Assembly: GCA_002269645.1 (NCBI GenBank)
Contig: NIVC01001079.1
Span: 186,001 to 250,000, forward strand
Reading direction: 5' to 3'
Origin: Macrostomum lignano
Lineage: Eukaryota
DNA: 64,000 nt
Below, in pieces: positions 9,692 through 22,741 of this stretch. Under the pieces are notes generated by a model. The model saw nothing but the letters and a program-made list of their open reading frames with translations, was not told the origin of the DNA and did no database searches. How positions within the stretch are numbered: the stretch's first letter is position 1; the number at the start of each line of letters is the position of its first letter. The position numbers and the translations under genes were made by a program.

Positions 9692-12600
9692 TGACCTTGA
9701 AGAGGGGCGGCCTGGTACCAGCGATAGGACGCGCGGCGCAGGCTCAGCAGCCGCAGCAGGACGTGATGATTCTGATGTCGAGCGGTCAGGAGCTCGAGTT
9801 CCGCCTGGCGCCCGAGCTGTCGCAGTCGCTGAAGCCCGGCCAGCTGCCTGACGAGGACGGAGCCGTCAGCAGCACCGGCCCGCGAGCGAAACGACCCGCC
9901 CGAGCTCAGCGGTCGCAGAAGCCGCCACAACAGGTCACCGTTGGAGTTGTGCAACTCGGCGATGTCTATGAGTTGCCGCCGGCCGCAGCCCCTGTTTCCA
10001 CATCAGTGCAGAGCTTCTCAAAGACGCTGAGCTCGATGTCACCTGGCCAGGCCGGGGAGGAATTCTCTTTGGGTCGAATATACCCAGGAGCTCTCGGGGT
10101 GCCCAGAGCCGGGCGCATGCAGCTCGTGGGTCAGCTGCAGCCCATCGCTGAGCCGGACGAGGAACCGAAGCAGCAGGCAAAGTTTCCCGGTCTGCCAGAG
10201 TCCAGGCATCCCCGTAGGCAGCCGAAATTTATGCAGCAGTTGCAGCAGCAACAACAACAGCAACATCAGCAACTAAAACAGAGTTGTCAATTATCGCAGC
10301 CGAAGCAACAGCAGTTTAGCTTCGGTCAACTACCTGAAGCCAAGCAGGTTTCGAGGCTTCCTCAGCATCTTCAGCAGCTGCAGCAGCATCAGGAGACTCT
10401 TCAAGGCCAGTCGGAATTGAATCTGAGACGCGGAGCGTTCCCTGTCTTGCCACCGACAAAACAGAAGAAATTAACTGGGCCAAAACCAGAAGGTGAGTCG
10501 CAACATCAAAAGAGTGTTCAACAAGGAACAGAGTTGCGGAATTCTTTGTTAGAGCCGCTGCTGCAGCAGCAGCCTCAGTCAGAGCAGCAGCCACTCCAGC
10601 AGCAACTGCTCCAACAACTGCTCAACCAGCAGCAGCCTCAGTCAGAGCAACAGCAGCAAATGATCCAACAACTGCTCAACCAGCAGCAGCCTCAGTCAGA
10701 GCAACAGCAGCAAATGCTCCAACAACTGCTCAACCAGCAGCAGCCTCAGTCAGAGCAACAGCAGCAAATGCTCCAACAACTGCTCAACCAGCAGCAGCCT
10801 CAGTCAGAGCAACAGCAGCAAATGCTCCAACAACTGCTCAACCAGCAGCAACAACTGCCTCAGTCAGAGCAGCAGCCACTCCAGCAGCAACTGCTCCAAC
10901 AACTGCTCAACCAGCAGCAGCCTCAGTCAGAGCAGCAGCAGCAACTGCTCCAACAACTGCTCAACCAGCAGCAGCCTCAGTCAGAGCAGCAGCAGCAACT
11001 GCTCCAACAACTGCTCAACCAGCAGCAGCCTCAGTCAGAGCAGCAGCAGCAACTGCTCCAACAACTGCTCAACCAGCAGCAGCCTCAGTCAGAGCAGCAG
11101 CAGCAACTGCTCCAACAACTGCTCAACCAGCAGCAGCCTCAGTCAGAGCAGCAGCAGCAACTGCTCCAACAACTGCTCAACCAGCAGCAGCCTCAGTCAG
11201 AGCAGCAGCAGCAACTGCTCCAACAACTGCTCAACCAGCAGCAGCCTCAGTCAGAGCAACAGCAGCAACTGCTCCAACAACTGCTCAATCAGCAGCAGCC
11301 TCAGTCAGAGCAGCAGCCACTCCAGCAGCAAATGCTCCAACAACTGCTCAACCAGCAGCAACAACTGCCTCAGTCAGAGCAGCAGCCACTCCAGCAGCAA
11401 CTGCTCCAACAACTGCTCAACCAGCAGCAGCCTCAGTCAGAGCAGCAGCAGCAACTGCTCCAACAACTGCTCAACCAGCAGCAGCCTCAGTCAGAGCAGC
11501 AGCAGCAACTGCTCCAACAACTGCTCAACCAGCAGCAGCCTCAGTCAGAGCAGCAGCAGCAACTGCTCCAACAACTGCTCAATCAGCAGCAGCCTCAGTC
11601 AGAGCAGCAACAGCAGGATGTGCTCGCTCAGTTGCAGCAGCAGCAGCAGGACCGCCAACTAGCGGAACGCGAGCAGTCAGAGCAACTTTCGTTTCAGAAT
11701 CAATCTCAGCTAGATGAGCAGGAGCAGCAGCATAAGTCTCAGTCAGAGCAGGAGCAGCATGCTGGTGAAGCGACAGATTCAACTATTGACGATGCTGACA
11801 AGACACCGACATCGAAGACGCCAGTGGAGACAGACTCAGACAAAGAATCGGACAAAGACTCAGAAGAAAGCGAAGCTGCGATGCCGCTTGACGATGGCGA
11901 GGATCTGGGAGACGAGGAGGAAGAGCTCGAGGCGGTCGACGAGATCGACGTTGAAGAGGACGAGGAGGACGACGACCTGCCGGAGCTCGAGCTGCTGACC
12001 GGACCGCTGAGCCTGGGCCGCCACCCAACCGTTGACGCGGTGTTCAGAGGCTCTCTGGACGATCTGCCAGCGATGCCAAGTAAAATTGTGCGAATTTTCA
12101 CCAGCTCAACGTTTACGGGTGAGTTTTGGTTGAGAATTGGGGAACGTCATCCCATCAAAATCTCTTGGCTCTGTAGACCTCGTGATCCTACGCTGTTTGA
12201 TGTTTAATGCAGACACCGGAGTGGAGCGCAACTCTCTGATGGAAAGAGTCTATCCGAAAATCAAGGAATATTGCCGGGAGAAGCACGGGCTGGAATTTCA
12301 GGTAGGACTGAAATATCTATCGATTTCTGGTAGGTCAACTGTCTATGGCAGTGAACGAGGCATAGAAAGCACAGACGGAATGCCCACATATAGAACGCAC
12401 CTAGACAGTAAGCACATAGGAAGAATATCAGGGACAGAATACACATGGACAGAATACACATGGACAGAATACACATGGACAGAATACACATGATGGACAG
12501 AATACGCATGAACAGAATACACATGGACGGAATACACATGGACAGAATACACATGGACAGAATACACATGGACAGAATACACATGGACAGAATACACATG

Positions 12601-15600
12601 GACAGAATACACATGGACAGAATACACATGGACAGAATACACATGGACAGAACACACATGGACAGAATACACATGGACAAAATATACATGGACAGAATAC
12701 ACATGGACAGAACACACATGGACAGAATACACATAGACAGAATACACATGGACAGAATACACATGGACAGAATACACATGGACAGGATACACATGGACAG
12801 AACACACATGGACAGAATACACACATGGACAGAATACACATGGACAGAATACACATGGACAGAACACACATGGACAGAATACACATGGACAGAATACACA
12901 TGGACAGAATACACATGGACAGAATACACATGGACAGAATACACATGGACAGAATACACATGGACAGAATACACATGGACAGAACACACATGGACAGAAT
13001 ACACATGGACAGAATACACATGGACAGAATACACATGGACAGAATACACATGGACAGAATACACATGGACAGAATACACATGGACAGAATACACATGGAC
13101 AGAATACACATAGACAGAATGCACATGGACAGAATACACATGGACAGAATACACATGGACAGAATACACATGGACAGAATACACATGGACAGAATACACA
13201 TAAACAGAATACACACGCCAGGTCGTCGACATGCGCTGGGGAGTAAGAGATGAGGCCACTGACGATCACATGACAACGGAGCTCTGCCTACGCGAGATCA
13301 AGACCTGTCAGAGAGTCAGCGTTGGCCCAAATTTTGTCGTCCTGCTCGGCCAGAAATACGGCTACCGGCCCGTCCCAACCCTGATCGACGCCCAGGAGTT
13401 CGACATGATCGTGGCCGCTGTGCGGCAGGGCGGCGCAGAGAAGGACGCAGCCTGCCTGGAGCGCTGGTACAAGCGGGACGCGAATATTGTGCCACCTGTG
13501 CAGGTCCTCCAGCCGATATCGTCCATATTGATTCACTTCAATAATAAGGTGAGAATTGGGGATTGGGGAAGGGACAGAGCATCTAAATTATGGTTAATGC
13601 GTTGTTCATTCAACTTGATAAAATTGTGTAATATGCAAGAAAATCCTCTTCAATTAAATTCCATCACATACTAAAATAACTAGATGGGCCACTCAGGCGC
13701 AAAACAGCTTTCTACTTTCAGTTCAGTAGCAAAGAGGAATGCATAAGCTATTTTATAAGAATAAAGGTGGCTGAGATGATTTTGACTAACTTAGAAGCCA
13801 AGCTTGCAGACGTAAACAGCTTGCTAATTGGTTCAGCCATAATGTACATTAGCCACTGAAATGTACATGGCAGATTTAGGCTGGAACAACCGAGTAAGAC
13901 AAAAAAAATTGGGTGGTGGGGCAGGGTAAATATGTGTGGAGTTTAAGGGGTTTAAGCTTGGGAGGGGGTAAGGGCCAATAAATGAGCCTTGGCTTTAAAA
14001 ATACATTAAAATGCTTCAATTTAACTTACTACTGAACTGAAAGTAGCTTACACGAAAATGTGCTGAGTGGCCTATCTAGTTAGTCTAGTATCTGTGAGTT
14101 CAATTAAACAATCTACTTTGATTTCTTTTGCAACACAAAAATTACGAATTTCAGGACAAGGTGGGACGAAGCCTCTCTGTAATCTGATTTTAGATTAATT
14201 CATTTCAGAGGCCATTAATTCGGAGTTTTTTTAAGCTTTCAACATTATTCTATCAGGTTTAACTTCTAATTGTTGTTTTGGGTGTCCTATATTATAAATA
14301 AATGACATAATTTATAACTGCCTGATAAATGTTTACAAGCTAAATTGTGCTGCCAAATGTCTGGATGTTAAAAATGAAACTTTATTATTAAACCCCGCTA
14401 AACTCTGCAAACTTGACTGCACAACTTCCCCAAAAACCGCAGGGCATGCAAAAAATGATGGAAGCTCACCAGAACGAATGGTGGTCCACAATGTCCTCGA
14501 TGCAAGTGATCTTTCGACAGGCCGCCGATTCGCTGTTTGCCCAGGGAAAACTTGACGCAGACCAGAGGCACAACTATTTCATGTCGGGTGCGTTTCCAAG
14601 CTGATTTTGAATTTTCGACAGCATCATTAGATCGGTAAAAATGCCTGTGAAGTTTCCTAAACGCGTCCGAGAATCTGAGATTCCGAGGTTCTTTCCCGAG
14701 CAGTGTCCGAGGATCATTCCCAAACATTCTGCACTGGTAGCATTTGTACTCTGTACTGGCAGCGTTCTTTGTAGGCCTGAGCGGTATATTACTGTTAGTA
14801 GTATACGTATTGCATGTATATCTCTTCCAGTCCTGGGAGTTTCTGAGATTAGAGGGTTACGGCCTTCGGTATTCTACGAGTATATATGATTCGAGATCTA
14901 CTTCGTTTCTTCCTGGACTCGGTATTCTACTTATCAGTAGTATATAAGGTACATGCTCCTTCTACTCCACTCTCAGAAAATTAACAGTCTTTTTATACTA
15001 ATTTTTAGGATCGTTTAAAACAAAAAATTACAATTTTTTAGAAAAAGCGCATATTGAAACAAATTGTTTTTGTTAGAAACGCGCGGACTTCAAATTTCTA
15101 GAAAGATAAATATTTTCCACAAATGCTCGCCAGACTCGCCAGACTCTGTTTTAGCGGTAATGTCCAAGCGAAACAGTAAAACTACGAGCGAACATTAGCC
15201 AATCAGAAAAGCTCTTCAATCGTTAACAACCCACTAGATTTTTAACGGATCCCACGTACCGTCTCTGCCGCCCCATCAGTCACGGAGCGTGAGAACATTC
15301 ACGGTATCCTAACCGCGGACAGCAACCACCGGCACACGCTGGCTTTCCTCCGCCAGCTGGAGGGCATCAGCCTAGAGAACTGGCGGACCGCCAGAAACTT
15401 CATAGACATGTCCGGCCCGGAGGTTGACCGAGAAGCCCAGCGGCTGATGGACGATCTGCGCGATCGAAAAATTCCGGAGCGCCTCAGAGCGTCCTCGATA
15501 ATTCGGTATTCACAGCCGTGGGTAGATCCGTCTGGTATTCACCTGGATACGCATAAAGGTAATTAAGAAAAATTCTTGGATGAATAAACTGTTTGAACAC

Positions 15601-18600
15601 ATTTTTACTCTTTGTAGTTTAACCTGCTAGTTCCGCCTGTAGACACACGCGTTTCAAGTTCTATTTACGTTTTCTTCTTATTACAATATACTTTGGCACG
15701 CAGGTACACAAAGGGTGAACAGTAGTTCCTGACTTCTTTCTCGACAGGCATGTACAAAATTATAAATGCAACATGCCTTGGGGACTTGATGCTTAAATTT
15801 GTTCAGAAAAGCTTTATGCTACGACTCGAGAACGTCATCCAAAACCTGAAAAAGAGTTCGGCTCCTGTGTTTCAATGGATCGAGGCCTTTGACCACCGTG
15901 TCAAAGATTTTTCCATAAGCAAACCTAACAGTAGGAATACCAAGCAATTTTTCCTCCCGTCGAACTACCAAGGAGGGGGGGAAGTGGTTGATCTACAGAT
16001 AGTTGCAACAGGATGTCTATAGTCACCTGGTGTCATCTGTTGAAGGTGCTGACGGCGTCGGGATGATAGCGGAATGCTTGAGAGACCAGCTGAAGATGTC
16101 CGGCAGTTTTGATTTTTCAACTGTCGAGGCTTGATCAGCAAAACTCGAGAAATTTGCAACTGCGTGTCTATAGTCACCTGGTGCCACCTGTTGAAGGTCC
16201 AGAAGCTCCGCCTAGGTAAAAGCCAGTGACCAACGAAGTCAGAGCTGATGCAGACACATGTGATCGACATGCTAATGAAATTTGGAGGCACATTGGCGCA
16301 CAGGGGTTGTATTGAATCCGACCTTCTGGCAGAATCGTGGAGTATCTCGACAGTCTTAAGGGCTTGCAACTTTATTCTTGTTTGAAAAGGTGCGCAACAA
16401 AACGTTAGCCCGTGTTTTTGAGTTTCGTGTGCCTGCGTTGCTTCGTTCCTTAGCAGCAAAAAAATCGTCAAAGGGGATCTCCCTTGCTAGTTCTACTGTT
16501 AAACCTGTAGCCCAAACAGAAACGCCTCTTCCCTCCGCAGAGTACATTGACCAATTCTGCGACACTTTCTACACCCGGCTGGTGAAACTCATCGATCGAG
16601 GCGCCCGCCGCAACCGGCTCGTATCCAAGGACGCGACTCTGGCGGAGATCCTGCAACACCTGCTGGTATGCGCCAAGCTATGTGAGGTAAGTGGAGAAAC
16701 GAGCCTTAATTAACCTAGGTAGTAGAACACACCGTTATTATAATTCGTTTACCCCCTATAGGATAAAATATCCCAATAACCGATATTAGTCCTGGACATT
16801 AACGAGATTTTGTGACTGATGTCCAGAATCCGAAAACTTTTCAGCATCTAAAAGACTCATCCAAAGACGAAATGAAATGCAAATCGACTACAATTATTCA
16901 AACTTTTTAGCTTTTTCAGGGCCGCGAGGCCGACCTGCAGAAAATTCGCAACTACTGCCGCGACCCGGACAATCGGCAAATTTTTATCATCTACGGCGAC
17001 CCCGGCTGCGGCAAGACGTCGCTGATGGCCAAGTCCTGCGGTCAGGTGAGCCGATGGGATGACAAAGCTTACTGGAGAAGAAACTTGAAAGTTTATAGCT
17101 AGCTAAATAGCTTTATTACGAGTAGTTAAACTTGATTTGACTGCCGCATTGTCCTGATTGCTCCTCAGGTGAGAGACTGGTTTCAAGATGAGCAGTCTCA
17201 GCTGCAGCAAGTGGAGCCCTGCATCGTATTCCGACTGTTAGGTACGTCTCCGCAGAGTTCCTCTCTGCTAGTCCTGCTCACCAGCCTGTGTCGCCAGCTG
17301 AGCTTTCTCTATGAGCAGCGCACGGTTGACATCCCCGAGGAGTTGCCCCGACTTATTCAGCACTTCAAGCAGCTCATGACCTTCGCCACGCTGCAGAGAC
17401 CGCTGCTGGTGTTCCTTGACTCTCTGGAAGAACTATCGCCTGAGAACAATGCTCACCTGCTCCTGTGGCTGCCAGATGAGCTTCCACCAAACGTCAAATT
17501 CGTATTGTCCTCGTTGCCAAACTTCCATGGCCTGTTGAAAACATTTAACCTGAAGGTATCCAGAACTGAGAACTTCTTAAAGCTGGACGATCTTGGCAAG
17601 CCGCTGTCGCTTGAGGTGCTGAAAGTGTGGCTCCAGTCGGCTAACCGAAGCATCACCGAGCAGCAGTGGCAGGTGGTCGACAAAGCCATTTCAAAGTGCG
17701 CCTCACCGCTGTTTGTCAAGATTGTCTTCGACGAGATAACGCGCTGGCGCTCCTACGATTCGCCGGAGAAAACCGTGCTGTCCTTCAACATCTTCGACGG
17801 CATCATGCAGCTGTTCCAGCGCATCGAGAACCAGCACGGCCTCATACTGGTCACCCATGCTTTTTCCTACATCACAGCGTCAAAGAGCGGCATCTCCGAG
17901 TCCGAGCTGGAGGACAGCCTCTCCTTGGACGAGAAGGTTCTCAACGATGTGTATCAGTACCACCTGCCTCCCAGCAGGCGCATTCCTCCGCTGCTCTGGA
18001 CGCGAATTCGCAATGAACTGCCCGGCTTCCTGGTTGAGAAGGAAGCGGACGGGGCGAGCGTGGTCTACTGGTACCACCGGCAGTTCTTCCAGGTATGCGA
18101 GAAACGTTACTTTAAGAATCTTAACTTCAAATCGAGCATCCATTCGAACCTGGCCGATTACTACCTGGGCAAGTGGGCCGGCGTTCCCAAGCCGTTCGCC
18201 TACAGCGAGCTGCAGAAGCAGCGCTTCGGATTGAAGGACGTCAATTCAGAGAGCGACCGGATGGTACCGCCGCAACCGCTGCGTCTGAACGACGGCACCT
18301 CGCGGACAGCGGCTCGGTACAACCTGCGCAAGCTCAGCGAGCTGCCCTTCCAGCTGCTCAAGTCCGGCCGAATGGCGGAGTTAGCTAGTGAATGCCTCTT
18401 CAACTACCAGTTCCTTCATGCCAAGCTCAGCGCTTTTCCTCTGCAGGCGCTCTTGTCAGATCTGGACAGCATGATCGCGAAAACCAACGACAAGGACGCT
18501 CGGATTCTCAGCGAATGCCTCCGCTTATCAGCCAGCATCATCACCAAGAGCCCGAACATGCTAGGGCCGCAGGTCAGTGGTCGCCTGTTGCCCTACTACG

Positions 18601-21094
18601 CAAACTACGAAAAAGTTCGCAACCTCATCCACGAGTGCGACCGGGAAGGCCCGACCCACTGCGCTCTGGTGCCTGGACATCACTATCTGTACACTCCGGG
18701 TGGACCTCTGGAGTACTCACTCGAGGGTCATCAGTTTGCCTGCTACGGTATGCAGGTGACCAGTGACAGCAACTACCTGGTATCCGTGTCCAATCAGTTC
18801 ATCATCTGGGACCTGCAGACAGGAGAAATATTTCGTAATATACCTGTGCTCGGCCTGCAGGGAATCACTCGCGGGATGAGCGTCGATTCAGAGGACAGGC
18901 GGGCAGTGAGTTACACAAGCAACAACCAGCTGGTGTTCACAGACTTGGTCTCCGGTGAGCATAAGTTCTACGATATGCCCAGGGAGGCCGAAATTCGCGG
19001 GGTCTTAATCACATCGGCGACCTGCCTTGCGTATACGGCGCGCGGCTGGTCGGAGTTCAGTCACTCCGCCGAGCTGACGAGCTCAAATCAGCTGCCTGAG
19101 AAAGAAGACGGCTGCGTCGAGGAGATTTTGCACTTTGGCTTTAGCGGAGACAGCGGCGGTGGAGATTCCGACAGGGAATTCTACTTCTGCACATCCGTTG
19201 CCATGGTAGACGCACGAGGCTCCGGCGGCGTGGACGCCGGAGAATCATCAACGACTAGAGAGTTTAAGCTTTACTTTTGTAGAGACATTACGCGCAGCCT
19301 TCGCTACCACACAGGTCTGGCGATGGGTCGGCAGCAGTACTTTCTGGCTGAGCGCTCCAAAGAGGACGCCTCGCTTGACTTTGCTATCCATCGATATGTC
19401 AGAAACCATCAAGGTGGAAGCGACCGAGACGCTGGATTCGGCGTTAGAGAGGCAGCCTACGTTCACAATGTCGAGGAGTTTTGCGGCTTGACACTCAGCG
19501 ATGATGAATCTATTCTGGTGGCCGCCTGCTCCAACGAGTTTAAGCTGTGGCACCTCACCTCGCAGAATCGTCCCTGCGTTCTGGCACTTCTGCCCAAAGG
19601 CTGCCAGAATATACCGAATCGGAACCCTATGCAGAACCTGGTTGCTTTCAGTCGTGGCAACGAGTTTATGGTTGCCGCTCTGCGCCACTTGGTCCTGGTC
19701 TACTCCTGCAAAACCGGCACCCTCATGAAGAAACTGGACGCTCATTTCGGCCGCGTCATCGCGTTGACTAGCTCGGCACCGTTGAACCGCCTCATATCAT
19801 CCGCTATGGACAAAACCATCAAGGTTTGGAACTTCAACAACATCATGGAGCGCGTGTTCAGCATTCCCCACATGGAGAAGCCAATAGATTCGATTTCACT
19901 AGCAAAAGACGGTAGGACAGCGCTGACTGTAGCTCGCACCCACCTGGGGCTGTGGGACCTTCAGCGGGGTCACTTACTGCGGACCTTCTCGGCAAGTGGC
20001 AGCGCTATTATCTTCAAGGCGATCATCTCGCACGATGCAACCGCAGCCGTATCTGGTGACAACCGACGTCTGGTCTTCTGGCGTCTACCAGAAGGCGAGG
20101 CGACGCAAACGCGAGACTGCGGGCCTGTGGTTGGACTCGAGCTGTCGCAGGATGGCGCCAAGTTGGTTGCAGTTAGCACTGACAAGCGAGCCCCGAAAAC
20201 AACCAGCCTGGTGTGCTATTCCATGCCCGGAGGGGAACTTCTTTTCGAATTCGAATACTACCAAGGCGCCGAGTTTGTGGCGCCAATTTTTGCGCTGGAC
20301 AGCGCCAGACTGCTCGTGCCATGCGCTGCCAACGACGACGACTTTATCGTGTCGTTTTACGACGCCGCGTCCGGTGCTTTCCTCGACAAGACGAAGCCGC
20401 GGTTAGGCGGCAATGACGCAAAGCCGGTGCGCCAGCTGGTGGCCTTGCCCGGCAAGCCGGCCTGGCTCGGCCTCATCACTGAGGACCGCGGACACATCTG
20501 GGATGTCAGGAAGAAAGCGGCAGTGCGCTCGGTGCCCGAGTGGCAGGGCGACGTTACGTCCGACGGCGCCTACGGGCTCTTCTCCCCGCTGATCGGGGCG
20601 TGAAGCTGCTCGACCTGCGCAAGCCGCAGCACTCCAAGTGGATCCTGCGACGCCAGGCTGCCGACGGAGTCTTCCCCAGCTTGACCGTGTTCACCAACAA
20701 CAACAAGTACATCGTACACTTTCACAGCGGTCGCAAGACGGTGCGGCTTATTCGCGTCGCAGACGGCGCTTTACTAGCCGACTTTAAGGTGCACGCCGAG
20801 GTCAAAGCGCTGGTCGGATGTGTTGACAACCTCGGCGTCGTCTGCGGCGGCGTCGACGGTTCGCTGACGCTGCTGGTGATTGCGGATCCGTCGGAGCCCG
20901 ACTTCGCCGAGCAACTGGCGTCTCTACCAAGCCGTAGCGTGGAGTTGGTGCTGCGCGACCGAGCTGGAGGCGGCAGCGGCGGTGGCGACGAGGCTGCGAA
21001 TCTGCCGATGGCGGCGGGCGTGAGGGTGGCTCGGCTGGTCAGTCAGTGGCGCATGAGCCGGGTGGACAACTCAAAGGCCTGCTGCGTGCAGTAG
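9692..21094 (+). CDS. NWD2: NACHT and WD40 repeat protein, NWD1/NWD2-like (Q-rich N-terminus, DUF4062-type domain, NACHT, WD40)
   Basis: Exons with canonical GT-AG and matching phases: 9692-12118, 12213-12301, 13222-13548, 14443-14587, 15280-15558, 16541-16686, 16911-17045, 17169-21094 (1-nt frameshift at G-run 20595-20598). N-domain [46 protein letters not shown]. Walker A GDPGCGKT. Walker [13 protein letters not shown] motifs LEGHQ..., LDAHFGRV...[12 protein letters not shown]. The true 5' end is uncertain. Confidence 0.9.
10564..11616 (+). repeat. Coding minisatellite: 18 units of ~54 bp encoding [18 protein letters not shown]
   Basis: Units counted from the nucleotide sequence: 14 of 54 nt, two of 63 nt, two of 69 nt, plus a partial unit. 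Confidence 0.95.
12432..13215. repeat. 15-bp minisatellite (tggacagaatacaca) filling most of the NWD intron 12302-13221
   Basis: About 52 tandem units. The DRIHM/WTEYT/VYSVH ORFs are repeat translations. Confidence 0.95.
13665..14096 (-). mobile_element. MITE-like element copy 2, inverted relative to 8695-9136, in an NWD intron
   Basis: Its reverse complement matches copy 1 in both the TIRs and the interior (e.g. gtaagctactttcagttcagtagtaagttaaa). Confidence 0.8.
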
Positions 21095-21144
21095 GGGGAT
21101 TGATGTGTTTCAACAGGAGCTACATGCATCCATGCCATGCTTGG

Positions 21145-21349
21145 GCGCAACCTTGGGATTCGCTCGGCCGTTTCTATTGGCAACACACACATGTATGTCG
21201 CTATTGGCTGAGAGCAGTCACGCTATTGGCAACACACACATGTAAGTCGCTATTGACTGAGAGCAGTCACGTGACTACTATTCCGTCCAATAGCGACTTA
21301 CATGTGTGTGTTGCCAATAGAAACAGCCGAGTGATTCCCAAAGTTGCGC
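21145..21349. repeat. ~205-bp palindromic (hairpin/MITE-like) element just 3' of the NWD stop
   Basis: gcgcaaccttgggattcgctcggccgtttctattggcaacacacacatgtatgtcgctattgg pairs with ccaatagcgacttacatgtgtgtgttgccaatagaaacagccgagtgattcccaaagttgcgc. There is an internal direct repeat. Confidence 0.85.
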
Positions 21350-22741
21350 ATATATGATCCATGCATACCGAATGAAGCAATTCTTTTACCTCATTCAAAT
21401 TATTTAGCTGACCACTTCAGATATCTTATGCAGAATTACGATTTTGAGCGCTTTGTTTTAGTCGATTTAGTCATATCTGTAAGCTACAGCTATTATACGT
21501 AAATGTCGAGCGTATTTGTCCAAGATTTTTAATTCGAATCAATGTAAGCTTAAGTTCATTATTGTCGATAAATTGGCACAGATAAAAGCTTGATAATAAA
21601 CTAGCTTAAATCAGATCAGGTGAGCACGCTTGCAACAACTGCAGCCTGCAGACGACGCCATTTTTTAATGTACTTCTCGCGTTGAATAACAGTTAAACAA
21701 CTAAAATTTCTTTTGACCCACAGTTGTCCAGGTGTATAATTCTCTTGTTCTATACTTTCCTTGATAAAACAGATTAAAATATCTGACTTTCTTACTGGGA
21801 AAGTAAGTTTACCACCCTGACAAAAGTGCAATACAGCTTTTTTGTCTATTTTTATTATTGCTTTCTTTAACACTAGTAGTCAATGAGTAGTGGAACTCTG
21901 CATATTCGAATGGATTTTAATTAGTCAATCAAAAGGCGAGGCAGCTTTGATAAATAATAAGCCAATAAAAGCACGCATTCAGTTAGTCAAGTGTATTAAC
22001 AGCTGATGCATGTAGTAGTGTACATTGTTCTTTATTTGTTTCAGTCATGAATAAATATGAGCAGCCTAATCTGATTCCCATCAAGGTTTCTAAGATTTAG
22101 TGTTCTTTCAAATCGGTTTAATCATCTAAATATAATAAATCTCTAAGATCTGACCGTAATCTAAATATACTAAATCTTAAGTTACTAATTGCCCTTAGTT
22201 TACAGTATCAATAAACTAAGTAAGCTGGTTTTATGGCATGTTCAAATATCACAAGTGTGCGAGCCAATCTATTTTTAGAGCTGGGGTAGGCTAGCTGACT
22301 GTATGTACACTGCACTAAGGTCTTTTTTTCTTACCCCAATGTACACACAGATATATGTACATTAGTATTAGGCCGAGTCTGAACGGGAGGGCTGGGTAAG
22401 AGAGAGAGACAGAATGTTCCCGCCTTCCACTGTGGTGTACAATGAACGCACATTTAACGTTTAAACGTGCATAGCAGTGCGATATTTATCAATTTCTCCT
22501 ACCACCCTCCCAAAAATTTAAAAGCCACCAGCTATAGATATGAAGCAATTCAAACACAACAAGGCGATATACATGTGGAAGAAAATAAATAGATATTTAC
22601 AAAATCATCTACGTCGTAACAATATTGTGCTCAATCGTCACACGGACTCACGGGTGAGGCAAGGGATGCTTGCTACATTGCAAACAACGCTAGATTCCGC
22701 CATACCACTTTAAGGCTTAAGGAAGGAACAGAAAAATCTCA

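Noticed and set aside
12261-13276. 200-330-aa ORFs in five frames
   Set aside because: These come from a stop-free 15-bp intronic repeat.
15700-16330. Intronic ORF fragments (YTKGEQ*F...YKIINA, faintly ADP-ribosyltransferase-like) and a 150-bp-spaced direct repeat
   Set aside because: Similarity is too weak to support by eye, and there are several stops. A profile search would be needed.
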